64,000 nucleotides of DNA from Sedimentisphaerales bacterium (lineage in GTDB: Bacteria; Planctomycetota; Phycisphaerae; Sedimentisphaerales; Anaerobacaceae), in the NCBI GenBank assembly GCA_963708075.1, contig OY970194.1, forward strand, positions 6,624,001 through 6,688,000. The letters run 5' to 3'. The translations under genes and the position numbers were made by a program. Shown here piece after piece: positions 1 through 11,222 of the stretch. Under the pieces are notes generated by a model. It saw nothing but the letters and a program-made list of their open reading frames with translations, ran no database searches and was not told where the DNA came from. The stretch's first letter is position 1. Each line of letters begins with the position of its first letter.

Positions 1-1728
1 TCGCCTCCTGGTACAGCTTTCGGACAGTCACGTGATACTGTCCCAGAAGGCCATCCTGGGCGCCGCCCATCGCTCTCCATTTCTCGCTGAGATCCTTGTA
101 CGTCGGCAGGTTCTGAGGGTCTTTCTTTGTCGTGAGAGCCTTGGTTTTGCGGGCCAGCTCACCCGCGTATTCCAGGGACTTGATGTTCTCCTTCTGCACG
201 GCGTATTCCTGCGGTATCTGCTGCGCGATCTGTTCCAGGCTGTCAAGGTACGGCTTCAACTCGGCCGAAGATGCACTGGCCGCGCGCAGGAACTTGATCA
301 TGTCATTGGCGAAAGCTCGATACTCGTCGATTCGCTCCATGTGTCGCGTAACGAAGTAAACCATGTCATCCACAGCCCCCGCGACGTACTGGCCTTTTTC
401 GACCTCCTGGCCCGCGTCGCAGACCGCCTGTATGGCTTCCGTGCCCCCGCAGGTGCAGGCGCGGCGGACCCCTTCGCCGGCCCTTCTGTGATGGGTGCGC
501 AGCTTGCGGCCGGCAGGGTCGAGGATGCTATCGCACGCCTGTCTGCCCAGCGTCGCCTTCATCACGTCCACGGGCGTGAGAATCGAGGCGGGGGTGCCTT
601 GTCCCTCCAGGAAGTAGATGATAGATTCGCCCTTCGGCACCACCTTCTTGCTCAGATGATAGACAGCATCATCCCCGTTGAACCACACGGGGTAGACGTA
701 CATGCCCGCCACTGCCCGCCAGATCTGGCCCTTGGCCTCCCGGAATGTGAAAGAGGTCTTGATGCCGCTTTCGTCCAACTGGGTGATCCACCTCGCGGGG
801 AACGGCCGTTTCCACGTGCTCACCACGTCCTTTTCCAGGTACGAGGGTTTCAACTCCTCCCTGTGCCAGATGCCCGGCGATTCCAGAACGGCCAGATAGA
901 GGCTCTGCCCGTCGTTGTCGAAGTCTATGGATTCGATGAGACGCGTTCCTTGGCGCCATTGCCCAGGTTCAGCCTCATCTGCTGCTTTGCCTTGGGCCAG
1001 GTCATGACCAACTCGCTGTTCCCGCCTTTTGACAATCCGAGGAAGAGATTTTCCGCCGGGACGTGGAGCGTACTTGCTGAAGCAAATTGTCCGGGAGCAA
1101 CGATGAGGTCGTCGCCTACAAAGCCGGCCGCGACGCCGTACTCGATAGGACCCGACAGACTGATTCCCTTCGTATCCTCTGCAGGCCTGATCTCGACGAT
1201 CTGCGTTTTGTCGAATGCGAAGACAACCGATAGATCCTTCCCATCGCCGACGGAGAATGAGACATCGAGGGCCACTTCATCGCCAGCATTTCGCAGGACT
1301 TCACAACGGCTGATGCGGGCGGCTTTTGCCTTCATCGCAAGCGGGACCACATCCAGGATCTTCCTGCTCGCATCGGCCTTGGAGTACATGACCACTTTCC
1401 CTTTGGCCGACCAGAATACGGTGGTCACGTACTGATTCTCGACTACTGCGTCGCCCTTGAAGGAATACTCCCGGCCATAGTACCCGGGGTCCGAGGAAGC
1501 CTTGAGCGGGTCAGCTTCAAGCGTGAGAAGATCCGTAGGCACCGCTTTCCACGTGCTTCGGTCTCTTATGTCAACGGCGGCGCCAAAAGGTACGCCCGTA
1601 TCCCAGAGCACAATGCCGGCGACTGTTCTGTTTTCCGCCTGCACCAGCGACGTTCCAGCCGCAATTGTCAGCAGGACACTGAGTAATGGATATATCCAGA
1701 CGTGCGGCTCCTCGTATTGCGACCTCAT
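1..1728 (-). CDS. Exported hypothetical protein, frameshifted near 945 and running off the window edge
   Basis: GGAGG RBS precedes ATG at 1728 (MRSQYEEPHVWIYPLLSVLLTIAAGTSLVQA, signal-like). The frame stops at 925 (KERVSSNP*), but a shifted frame continues RLIESIDFDNDGQSLYLAVLESPGIWH... to base 1. Confidence 0.75.
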
Positions 1729-1842
1729 AACCAGCGTTGCCTCCAGAGTGGCTGTAATTCCACGAACACGGGGTCTCCCATCCGGTATCCTGCACCGTGC
1801 AGGAAATCCAACGGAAGAGCGGCTGCGCCAAATGGTAGCAGG

Positions 1843-1881
1843 AAACGCCTGCGACCGCCACGATTCACAGGCGTTTTTCTT
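1843..1881. terminator. Hairpin, probable intrinsic terminator
   Basis: AAACGCCTG...CAGGCGTTT stem followed by a T-rich run, between the cupredoxin gene end and the next gene. Confidence 0.45.
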
Positions 1882-1981
1882 GGGGGCATCCTCGTGGACA
1901 TGAAGAGGGACCGTCCGGGGCGTCACTCTCGCAGCTTACGGTTGTGGCGGAAGGCTCTGCTCGCCTGGACTTGTCGGCCCG

Positions 1982-3073
1982 TCATTTTCCCTTTTGGGGG
2001 AGGACGGTCAACGTTCCTGCCATCCCGCTGGCATCGTGGAGCAGACAGATGAATGGCTCGGGGCCAGGGGTCATATCGCCGATGATCAGCGTGTAGGTCG
2101 TGCCCGGAATCGGCTCCATCACCCCCGAGTTGTAGATTCCCTCGCGGGTCAGCGCCGGGCCGGGCGCAGACGGGAAGAAGGTCGCCGGATCGGCATACAG
2201 CAGCGGCGGCTCCTTTGGCTGCGGGACGGGGATGACCAGACCCGGCTCCGGCTCGCCGTTCAGAAAGGTCACCGTGTGGGGCGCGTCGTTGTGAGGGGAC
2301 ATCTCCCAGATCACGGTGTCCCCCGGGCGGACATTGAGCTTGTCGGGGAAGAACCGCATCAAGTCGATCTGTCCCTCCGCGTAGCCGATCATGACGTAGT
2401 AGGTGATAGTGCCTTCGGGGTTCTTCACGGGAGGCTTGGTCTGTGCCTCGGCCGCACGCAGCACGGCAGGCACCTGGGCGAGTCCCTCGGCGACCTGCTT
2501 TTTGCCTTCGGCCATTTGCTGGTTGGGCGACGGGATGCTCAAGTCCGGGGCCACGACCACCACCTGGCCGGACATGATGACCCCGTGCACAACGCATATG
2601 TAGTCATAGACGCCCTCCCTGGTGAAGGTGAGGCTGAACTCCTGTACCTGGCCTTCTTCCCGGCCCATCAGGCCTGAGTTGGCATAGGTGGTGCCGTCAT
2701 AAAGGTCATCGAGCGGGACGGCGGAATTGACCGCTATCGGGTTGAACAGGAGCGGACTGGGCGTGGGGGGGAACCCCGCCTCTTCCGCGGGAATGATCAA
2801 GGCAGGAAGTGTCGTGCCCGCCAGGAATGTGACGGTATGGATCTCGTTCGAGTTCTGCAGCCACTGGACTGTGTCTCCCACGTGAATGGTCACGGACTGT
2901 GGGAAATAGGCGTTGATCCCGACGCCTTTGTGGGGGTTCTCCGCCCCGACCATGACGGTGTAGGTCTGGGTCTGGGGCTCGGGTACATTCTTCTTCGCGC
3001 CATAGGTTGTGACGGACAATGTCAGGCAAACGAACAGGGCCAGTAGTGCTATAGAATGCTGGGAACGCCTCAT
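1982..3073 (-). CDS. Exported protein with two cupredoxin (plastocyanin/azurin-like) domains
   Basis: AAAGGAGGTG RBS, signal peptide, and two sets of type-1 copper ligands (HTVTF...CVVHGVIM and HTVTF...CLLHDASGM). Confidence 0.85.
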   Translation of the reverse strand: MRRSQHSIALLALFVCLTLSVTTYGAKKNVPEPQTQTYTVMVGAENPHKGVGINAYFPQSVTIHVGDTVQWLQNSNEIHTVTFLAGTTLPALIIPAEEAGFPPTPSPLLFNPIAVNSAVPLDDLYDGTTYANSGLMGREEGQVQEFSLTFTREGVYDYICVVHGVIMSGQVVVVAPDLSIPSPNQQMAEGKKQVAEGLAQVPAVLRAAEAQTKPPVKNPEGTITYYVMIGYAEGQIDLMRFFPDKLNVRPGDTVIWEMSPHNDAPHTVTFLNGEPEPGLVIPVPQPKEPPLLYADPATFFPSAPGPALTREGIYNSGVMEPIPGTTYTLIIGDMTPGPEPFICLLHDASGMAGTLTVLPQKGK

Positions 3074-3205
3074 ACGCACACCTCCTTTGTCTTTGTCCTT
3101 GTCAGATTGCTTGATGTCAGCCACTCTACAATAGAATGACCGTTGCACCGCCCGCATAAGAGATTTGCTGATTTGGCGCTATCAGAATGCTGATGAGGGA
3201 GATGC

Positions 3206-5476
3206 TCATTCCTCGCGGGGCGTTGCCGGTCCTCGCCAGATGCTGCCGCCGAAGGTGGTGATGTAGATCACGCTGTCATCGGACGGGTCGAAGGTTACTC
3301 GCTGGATATTCGAGAAGGGCAGGTCATCAAAAGGCTGCCAGGTCTGGCCGTCGTCTTGCGAGAGCCAAAGTCCGGCGCCGGGGGCCCCCTCGGTGAGCGT
3401 CATGTAGATCCAGCCGTCGTGCTTCGGATGGAAGTACCCGCCGAAAGTCTGCGGGCCCTGGCGCCCAATGCGTTGCCACGCCTTGCCGCCGTCGGCTGTG
3501 CGATACAGGCCGCCGGACTGGTCGCCCCCGCCTGCATCGCAGGTCCCTGCGAGGATGATGTTACTGTTTTGCGGATGGACGGCGAAATCCTTGGGATACA
3601 GGAATAATGTCGAGGCGTTGACCTTCTCCCAGGTCTCCGCGCTGTCCTTGGAACGGTACAGGCCGACGCCTTCAGGCATGAGCGGCTTGGCCCGGGCGGA
3701 CCGCGCGGCACAGATCATCGCGAACAGCGTGCCGTCTCTGTGCAGAATTATGCGGGAGACGCGCATGTTCAGAGGATCGCCCAAGCCGTTCTTCTTCAGC
3801 GTCCAGGTCTTGCCATCGTCGGTGGATTTGTAGACGCCTTCCATGAAGACGCCGGCGTAGAGAGTGCGCGCGCTCTTTGGGCTTTTCGGATCGACCACGA
3901 TCCCCGTCACCGGCCGAAGCGGCAGGCCCTGCGCCTCGGATTTCCACGAGGCGCCGAAGTCCCGCGAGATGCACAGGCCGCCGGGACCGTTATGGCCGTG
4001 ACGCTCGGAGATGATGTTGTCGTTCGGGATGTCGTGCACATCGGAGAACGCGCCCCACATCTTGCCCGGGATTTCCGGGTCGAAGGCCATTTCATAGCAC
4101 GTGTTTCGCCATGGGGCCCAGGAGTTCTTGTCCCACCAGATCCAGGTCTTTCCCGCATCGACGGACCTCGCGAAACCGATGTCCGTATACGCGATGTAAT
4201 GCCGATTGGGCTCGAACGGATCGATGTAGTAGTTCCACGTTGTAGTGACCACCAGCCCGGTGCACACCCATGCGGAACTCGGCTGGGGTTTCTGGCCCGG
4301 GGCCGGGTAGGTATCGCCGCTGAACCACGTTTCGCCGCCATTGTGTGTGATGTAGCTTTGGCTGTAGACCAGGATCAGCCGATTGGGGTCGGTGTTGCAG
4401 ATGGCAGCTCCGAAGGGCGTCTCGCCTCCCTTGAACGACTGTCCCGCCGAGGCGGTGACGTAAGTGGGCGCGACGTTATATTGTGTGAAACGCGGGTCCT
4501 GGTAGAAAGTGGCACGCCAGTTGCCGCCGCCGTCATCGCTGCGATAGACCGTCTCATGGTAGGGGGGATGGAAGCCGGTGCTCGTGTTCATCACATAGAC
4601 GGTGAGCGGCGCCGCATCCGTTGTCAGAATCTGCCTGTACTGGGCGATGGAGCCATACGACCACTGGTCCAGCTTGCCTATCCGTGTGTTGATGCCGGGG
4701 CCCATGGCGGACTGCCAGGTCTGGCCGCGATCGCGGGAACGATAGACGCTGCCTGTGAAGACGCCACTCTCATCTTTGCTCGGCACGGTGCAGTAAAGCA
4801 CAGTCGTGCCTGTTTTCAGATCGGACCCGCCGGCGAATCCCTGGATCTCCTTCCACGGCAGCCCGTCCATCTTCTCCGCCCAGGTCTTTCCGCCATCATC
4901 CGACCGCCAAATGCCTTTGTCGGTCGTGGCGAACATAAGATGGCCGTCGAACTGGAACCCGATCACCTGGCCTTGCGGACCCGGGCAGGCCGTCCAGGTC
5001 TCGCCCGCGTCGCGCGACAATTGACATCGGCCACCGCGTGTGCCGACAAGCATGACGTTCGGGTCGGATGGGTTGATTGCGATCTCGCCGGAGAGCGATT
5101 CCTTGAGATTGCCGATGGGCGTGAAGGTTCGGCCCTTGTCACGGCTGACCCGGAGCCGGCCGCCGGAGGAGGCGTAGACCACGTTTGGATTGAACGGATG
5201 AAAGCCCGGCCGGCATTGTGTATCACTTCGCAGTTGGGCGTGATGAATCATGCGCCAGTTGTGCCCGCCATCCTCGGAGATATAGGCCGCGCTCATGTCA
5301 CAGTTGAGCATCATCAGATGCGGATCTGCGGGCGAGATGGCGGGGGAGAACATGCCCCCTCCGCCCGACAAGCCCGCCGGCTCCCATTGGGCTCCCAAAC
5401 CGGTGCTGAGAGATATCAGCGATGACAGGACCAGACCAAGACGATAGGCCGGTGAAGATGAGGTGCGGGGATTCAT
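3206..5476 (-). CDS. Exported BNR/Asp-box repeat beta-propeller protein (GH74/sortilin-like)
   Basis: Many SxDxGxTW repeats, signal peptide, start 5 bp after the upstream stop. Confidence 0.85.
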   Translation of the reverse strand: MNPRTSSSPAYRLGLVLSSLISLSTGLGAQWEPAGLSGGGGMFSPAISPADPHLMMLNCDMSAAYISEDGGHNWRMIHHAQLRSDTQCRPGFHPFNPNVVYASSGGRLRVSRDKGRTFTPIGNLKESLSGEIAINPSDPNVMLVGTRGGRCQLSRDAGETWTACPGPQGQVIGFQFDGHLMFATTDKGIWRSDDGGKTWAEKMDGLPWKEIQGFAGGSDLKTGTTVLYCTVPSKDESGVFTGSVYRSRDRGQTWQSAMGPGINTRIGKLDQWSYGSIAQYRQILTTDAAPLTVYVMNTSTGFHPPYHETVYRSDDGGGNWRATFYQDPRFTQYNVAPTYVTASAGQSFKGGETPFGAAICNTDPNRLILVYSQSYITHNGGETWFSGDTYPAPGQKPQPSSAWVCTGLVVTTTWNYYIDPFEPNRHYIAYTDIGFARSVDAGKTWIWWDKNSWAPWRNTCYEMAFDPEIPGKMWGAFSDVHDIPNDNIISERHGHNGPGGLCISRDFGASWKSEAQGLPLRPVTGIVVDPKSPKSARTLYAGVFMEGVYKSTDDGKTWTLKKNGLGDPLNMRVSRIILHRDGTLFAMICAARSARAKPLMPEGVGLYRSKDSAETWEKVNASTLFLYPKDFAVHPQNSNIILAGTCDAGGGDQSGGLYRTADGGKAWQRIGRQGPQTFGGYFHPKHDGWIYMTLTEGAPGAGLWLSQDDGQTWQPFDDLPFSNIQRVTFDPSDDSVIYITTFGGSIWRGPATPREE

Positions 5477-5480
5477 GGTT

Positions 5481-7568
5481 TCACTTCTCCTTGAGAGGAT
5501 ACTGCGATTCGATTCGGATGGTTGTCGCGAGAGGTTCATTATTGACCGTGCCGCCGAGTTCGCCAGTGGCATTGAAATGTACTTGCCAGTGGTCCGCGAT
5601 GTTGATCCCTCCCGGCGCGACATACGTCACAGCGGCCGGTTGGAAGACCTGTTCATCGACGATCTCGAACACGTGCAGAAAGAGGGTGCGGCTTGTGCTG
5701 CTTGGATCGCCCACCTCGATCCGCCAAGGGCAAATCGGCGGCTTCAATCGGCCTTCCGTCGTGTGATTGTACTGGGCGGTCGGTTCGAGCGGATGGCCCC
5801 AGGCCTCCTTGCCGGGACCGCCCCGGACTACGATTTCCGCCCTCTCCGGCAGCAGGGGGTGCAGGAACATCCGGGATCGGCCGCGCGACAGTACCTGCTT
5901 GTCGCCATCTGCATCAGGCAGGCTCAGCCATGTCAGGCAATTCTCCTGGCGCTGTGGCTCAGTGGGGACACGGAGGAAGAAGTGACGACTGAGATTCGCT
6001 CGGATAGCCTCCACGCGGTCGAACACGACGAAGAATTCTCGTTCCCCACGAAGGTACAGAAACTGGCGGGTCACTTCGCGGGCCTTTTTGTCGTTGTAGC
6101 CCTTGGTGATATCCGCGGCGGCGTAAGTGTACTCGTGATTGTGTTCGAAGGCCAAGATGTGGCCGCGCTCGCGGGGGAAGGGGCCACCTTCGTACACGTG
6201 CCGCAGAAGGCCGCCATCATTCTCGTTGCCCTTACCCCGCCGGAATTTCTCGTTGGGATCGAAGACCGTCACGATATTGTAGATCAGCGAGCCGCCGGCA
6301 TAGTAGTCGGTATCGTTGTGGCCCTGGCCGCCCTGACGGGAGACCAGCGAGCCTTGCTTGCAGATGAGGAAGTGCCCCTCGTCGTCCCGCGAGTGTCCGG
6401 CGAATTGCGGCCCGCAACCGAAGAACGCCCAGGTCGCATTGGGATCGTTCCAGGCGCTTCGCATGTACACGTGCCCCGCGCCGGGGAACAGGTAACCCAG
6501 TGGGAGCGTGTCCGGCGGAGTGGCCTGGATGGAAGGATCATAACACGCCACACGTTGCCATCGCTCCCGGAGCCATGAGGTGCCCCGGTCTGCGAACCAT
6601 TGGGAGAGCCCGTCGCGAAGCATCGGGGCCGCGCGGGCGAATGCCGCCGGTCGGGAGCCGTCGCCATCATCGATCCAGGCCGTACGCTCGTTGTGGGGCA
6701 TCATCGTGTACGCCACCCATCGCGGCGATTCCACAGGATAGCCCCAGGGTTTCAACTGCCTGAACAGGTCCATGCCCGTCGCCGTGCGCCATGCGTGGAA
6801 GGCATACGGGATGACCGTCACCGGTCCGTACGCGCCATGCCCATAGGACTCCGACCAGACGCCGCCCATCTTATCGAACGCCGGGATGCACTCCGCAGGC
6901 ACCCGTTGGTTCCAGGAGTCGAGGAAGCTCCTCGCATCCGCTTGGTACGCGGTGCCCTCGCCGTGGATCGCCAGTGCGATAAGCAGCTTCTGGGTGATCG
7001 CATCGCGGCTGTTGCCGATGTTCAGGTGGATCGGGCCCCACGTCTGGTTGTATTCCCAATGGCCCCACTTGAGCAGGATTTCAGGCGTGTCGGTGAAGAA
7101 TCGCAGCCATGATCCGAGGGCGTCGCCGAATCGTACTCGCTGCTCGGGCGTCAGTGCGTCGTAGATCCAATCGTACGCTATCGGATGATACCCGAAGTGA
7201 CTTCCCTCGCGATTGGAGATGAGGCTGCCGTTACCCCATTGCTTGATGATCGTCTCCGCATAGGGCCGGGCGTCATGTCCTCTCTCCCGCTCGACGAGGT
7301 ATGCGATGCCGCAGTTCATCAAGTCCTCGGGAATGGCCCAGGCGTTTGAGATGTACTGGATGCCGCCTCGTTGCACGGCGTCGTCCGCCTGCTGCTTGAT
7401 AATGTGATAGTCGTCGGCGAGCGGTCCATCACACCGCCGGGCCATTTCCTGCACGTCCTCGATGAACAGCCGCGGATGAGTCGGTTTGACCTGGTACTCG
7501 GCCTGAGCGAGGCAGACCTGAAACGTTGTCGTCACGATGACTGCCAAGATTGTCACGTGTATCGGCAT
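5481..7568 (-). CDS. Heparinase II/III-like polysaccharide lyase
   Basis: Signal peptide, HPRLF N-terminus, GGVWSES-YG, VYMRSAW, GHSRDDEGHF and FDRV motifs typical of the Hepar_II_III fold. Confidence 0.75.
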   Translation of the reverse strand: MPIHVTILAVIVTTTFQVCLAQAEYQVKPTHPRLFIEDVQEMARRCDGPLADDYHIIKQQADDAVQRGGIQYISNAWAIPEDLMNCGIAYLVERERGHDARPYAETIIKQWGNGSLISNREGSHFGYHPIAYDWIYDALTPEQRVRFGDALGSWLRFFTDTPEILLKWGHWEYNQTWGPIHLNIGNSRDAITQKLLIALAIHGEGTAYQADARSFLDSWNQRVPAECIPAFDKMGGVWSESYGHGAYGPVTVIPYAFHAWRTATGMDLFRQLKPWGYPVESPRWVAYTMMPHNERTAWIDDGDGSRPAAFARAAPMLRDGLSQWFADRGTSWLRERWQRVACYDPSIQATPPDTLPLGYLFPGAGHVYMRSAWNDPNATWAFFGCGPQFAGHSRDDEGHFLICKQGSLVSRQGGQGHNDTDYYAGGSLIYNIVTVFDPNEKFRRGKGNENDGGLLRHVYEGGPFPRERGHILAFEHNHEYTYAAADITKGYNDKKAREVTRQFLYLRGEREFFVVFDRVEAIRANLSRHFFLRVPTEPQRQENCLTWLSLPDADGDKQVLSRGRSRMFLHPLLPERAEIVVRGGPGKEAWGHPLEPTAQYNHTTEGRLKPPICPWRIEVGDPSSTSRTLFLHVFEIVDEQVFQPAAVTYVAPGGINIADHWQVHFNATGELGGTVNNEPLATTIRIESQYPLKEK

Positions 7569-7582
7569 AGCTTTCTCCTTCT

Positions 7583-10253
7583 TCAATCCTGTACCCAGTA
7601 CATCGGTACCTCGCCGGGGATAGCGGTAGGTCCCGGGAGGCGATTGCCCATCAGGTCCAGTGCGTGATAGCCTTTCGGAATCGGCAGAGCCGAGGCGCCT
7701 GCTTTGCCAGCCCAAAGCACCACCACAGTTCGTCCGCGCGAACGAAACTCAAAGGCCTGCAACCACGCCGGCTCGGCCCGTTTGCCGACAAACTCCACAT
7801 CGGGACCTAGCAGCCGTGACAGAGCGGCTTGGGCGGCATACTGCTTGCGAGGCGCGCCGCCGTACTCGAAGAAGATATTCCCGGCGCTGCTCTGGTTCAA
7901 GGCATCACAGGTCCCCGCGTGGTAAAAGATTTTGCGTGTCCCGGTGGCGAGGAGGATCGCGGCGAACCTGACCAGATCTCCGGCGGCTCGCAACTCATTG
8001 GGACGTAGTGCGGAGTTCATCGAGCTGTCGCCGACGGTGAAGGGAGTGAACGGCGGGTCATCGTCGCCGTAGCACCCGATCTCCGTGACCCAGATGGGCT
8101 GCGTCGAGCCCTTTGCCTTCATGTGTTCCGAGCACTTGCGGAACGCGCCCTCATAGGCATCCGGCCGGCCGCGATGCGGGTAGAGATGCAGGTTCATGGC
8201 GTCGCACCACCGCAGGCCATCCTGCTCGATGAACTCGTCCACCCATTTGGAGTCCGGCGGGCAGGCAATGCCGCCAATGACGACGCACGCCGGGTCCGCC
8301 GCTTTCGCTGCCTCGAACGCCGTGCGCAGGAGAGAGACGTAATCGGCCGTGGCGTAACCGAAAGAGGATGGAACCGCGTAGGTCGTATAAAGGGGCTCGT
8401 TGAGAATCTCGAAGACGCGAATCCGCCCTCGGTAGTGCTCGATGGTGGCTTGCACGTACGCCGCGAAATCCTCCGGACGCTGCGGCTTGTGGGCGACGAC
8501 GAGACGCTCCTGGAGATAGCGGTCGTTTCCCGCGCCGGCTTTGATCTTCTCCATGTCCGGCTTTGTCGCCCAGGGCGCTGATGGGAAGGGCAGCAGCACG
8601 AGCACCTGTCCCTGCACATCCAGCACGCGCTCGATCTGGGCATCGGGGACATGGAAATCGAACGCACCCGGTTGAGGCTGGATCGTGTGCCATTTCACCG
8701 ACCAGTCACGCCACCAGCGAATCCCGGCGTCGTGCGAGAGGCGCAGCAGAAACTCCCATGAGAAGGCGTGATTCATGCCGAACAGGCTGTCGGGCTCCGG
8801 CGAAGGCTCGATCACGGCACATCGTAGCGTCTGAGCAAGCCCGTGCTGTGGCTGCCACTGCAATTGGAAGAACCCTCGCTGTCCAGCCAGCACCCGGTCG
8901 TATTCTATCTGCGTGGCCTGCTTCGGCTCGATGGACTGTTTCACCTCCTGATGCCAAACAGGCCGGTCAAGATAGTCCAGCAGGGTCAGCGTGCCGGTCA
9001 GCGTTTGGGCCGTGTCCGCTGCGTTGAAAGCCCGCAGGCGAAACATCAGTCCGGCCTGTGGATTTGTGAAGATGTTGCCGGTCTTCTCGGTTTCCACCTG
9101 CGCTTCCAAGGGATGCCTCGGTCGATAAGGGGAAGGCTCCTTGCCCTGCTCCCACTGAATCGCATCCAGCCAGAGAGTGCCTTCCGCTTTCTGTGCCTCG
9201 TGCAGGTCCAGGCCTGCGAAGCCGCAGGCGAAGTCCGTTTCGGCGGTGAAGGCGAGTTGAACCCGCGTCCAGTCCTGCCCCGCGGAGAAGGTCTGCTGCA
9301 CCCTGCGTCCGTCGGCCTGCCAGATGACCATGCGCACGGGCATGTTGGGACGATCCGCGGCGACGTAGGCCGAGAATACATACGATTGTCCACGCTCCAC
9401 CGGGACCCAGCCCTCGTGCCCGACAAGGAGAGTCTTGACGGGTGACCGGATCGGGTCGAAATAATCGAAGTAGCATATCGGAAGCGTCTGGGGCGAGAGG
9501 GACAGTTTCCAACTGTGCCGGCCCTCGAAGGCCCGCTGGTCGTCGCATTCGCCGAGCAGGCGGAACACCTGGCCGCCCCAGCCGGGCAGGTCCGGGGCCC
9601 AGCATCCCCAGCCGGTGCCGCCACATTCGAATCCGCTGTTGGGCAGCGCGTTGGTCACGCCCGTCATGGGCAATTGAGGATGCCACTGGCGGCGAAATTC
9701 CGCGATAGGCTCCAGCGTGGCGTCGTCCAGGTAGAGTGTGCCTGTGCCCGAGAACCAGATTTGGAGTCGGCTATCCTGCGGTTTCAGGTCGCTTTTCGCG
9801 CGGAAGAAGAACTCGAATTCCTCCCATGCCTCGCGAGGGGCGAAGGAATCGGCGAGCCCGACATTGTCCCACTGCCGCCGGTTGACCATGGCCACCTGCG
9901 CACTTGCGGACTCCAGGTTCTCCGCCCGTGCCCACAGGCGCAGGCGGTACCACTGCCCGGCCCGCACGCCCACGCGATCCAACTGTGCGAGCATCGCGTG
10001 GCTGTCGGGAAAGCCCGGCACAAAGCGGGTGCAGTCCAGTTTCACAACCTGTCCCCGCTGCGGATCGGTGACCACGCTCAACCGCTGCTCGATGCCTGCC
10101 CGCCCGGAGGTTCCCCATCCGTCGGGAATGCCGTCTTTATCCGCATCCTGCTCGAAAGAGCCGTTGAAGATGAGCGCATCGGTCTGAGCTCTTCGCGATC
10201 GCTGCCGGCACCAGGAATGTCGTGAGGCATAGGATGCGTATCGATGTTGTCAT
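7583..10253 (-). CDS. Exported clan GH-A glycoside hydrolase (GH39/GH5-like) with N-terminal CBM4/9-like domains; frameshift at ~10192
   Basis: NEP acid/base and WVTEIG nucleophile motifs, NGSFE/NSGFE CBM starts. The signal peptide MTTSIRILCLTTFLVPAAIA (ATG 10253) joins AQTDALIFNGSFE only if one extra A is removed. Confidence 0.8.
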
Positions 10254-10353
10254 GGTCGCCTTCTTTCACGAAATATGTGGCCGAGTGTTTCCCGGCTGTG
10301 TACATTCTACACCAGGTGTCGCTGAGTTGACAGAGATCGATGAAAGGGTTGAT

Positions 10354-11217
10354 GTGTCGTTGCCTGTAGGGAGAATCGGACGCGTGAGTATCAGCCGCCT
10401 GATCTGCGGGTCGAATCCGATCATCGGCAGCGCCCATGACCGGGACTTGATTTACATGGCGGCTTTGATGAGGCACTACTTCACGGATCGCAAGATCATG
10501 GACCTGTGGGAAACGTGCGAGCAGTGCGGCATCAACACCATGATCGGACCCGTGAACAGCCCTGCCGCGTATGGCGAAGATCCCACCATGCGGGTGTATG
10601 GCCAGTACCGCAAGGAGCGGAGCGGGAAGATTCAGTGGATTGCCCAGACGTACCCGGACGCCGCCGACCTCACCAGCTCCATCCAGAAAGCTGTGGATAA
10701 CGGTGCGGTTGGCGCGTTCATCCTGGGCAATATCGCCGACCGCTGGGTCCAGCTCAATCAGATCGACCTTTTCGCGAAGACCGTTGAGTTCATCCGGAAG
10801 AACGGCTTGATCGCCGGGACGGCGGGCCACGCACTCGAGGTCCCGATGACGTTACAGAAGGCCGGCATCGACGTCGATTTCTACATGAAAACCCTGCATC
10901 GTGACGACTACTGGTCCGCCACGCCCGAGGCGGAGCGTCCCGCACAAGGTCTGCCGTCTCACGACAACATGTGGTGCGCCCGCCCGGCGGCGACTATTGA
11001 GTTCATGAAGACCGTAAAGAAACCTTGGATTGCCTTCAAGGTCCTGGCGGCGGGAGCCATCCATCCGCGAGACGGGTTTCGATTCGCCTTCGAGAACGGG
11101 GCGGACTTCGTTAATGTGGGCATGTTCGATTTCCACGTCCGCGAGAACGCAATCCTGGCGGGCGACATCGTAGCCGAAGTCACCCACAAAGGCCGCAATC
11201 GACCGTGGCTCGCATGA
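10354..11217 (+). CDS. Aldo/keto-reductase-like TIM-barrel protein
   Basis: GTG start after GAAAGGG; SRLICGSN, PWIAFKVLAAG and GADFVNVGMF motifs. Confidence 0.65.
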   Translation: MSLPVGRIGRVSISRLICGSNPIIGSAHDRDLIYMAALMRHYFTDRKIMDLWETCEQCGINTMIGPVNSPAAYGEDPTMRVYGQYRKERSGKIQWIAQTYPDAADLTSSIQKAVDNGAVGAFILGNIADRWVQLNQIDLFAKTVEFIRKNGLIAGTAGHALEVPMTLQKAGIDVDFYMKTLHRDDYWSATPEAERPAQGLPSHDNMWCARPAATIEFMKTVKKPWIAFKVLAAGAIHPRDGFRFAFENGADFVNVGMFDFHVRENAILAGDIVAEVTHKGRNRPWLA

Positions 11218-11222
11218 TGGCG

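Noticed and set aside
32..1435. 467-aa + strand ORF, and similar long ORFs such as 3740-5425, 25469-27175, 36878-38623, 47596-49230 and 61797-63545
   Set aside because: Antisense shadows of real genes caused by high-GC codon bias; no motifs or RBS
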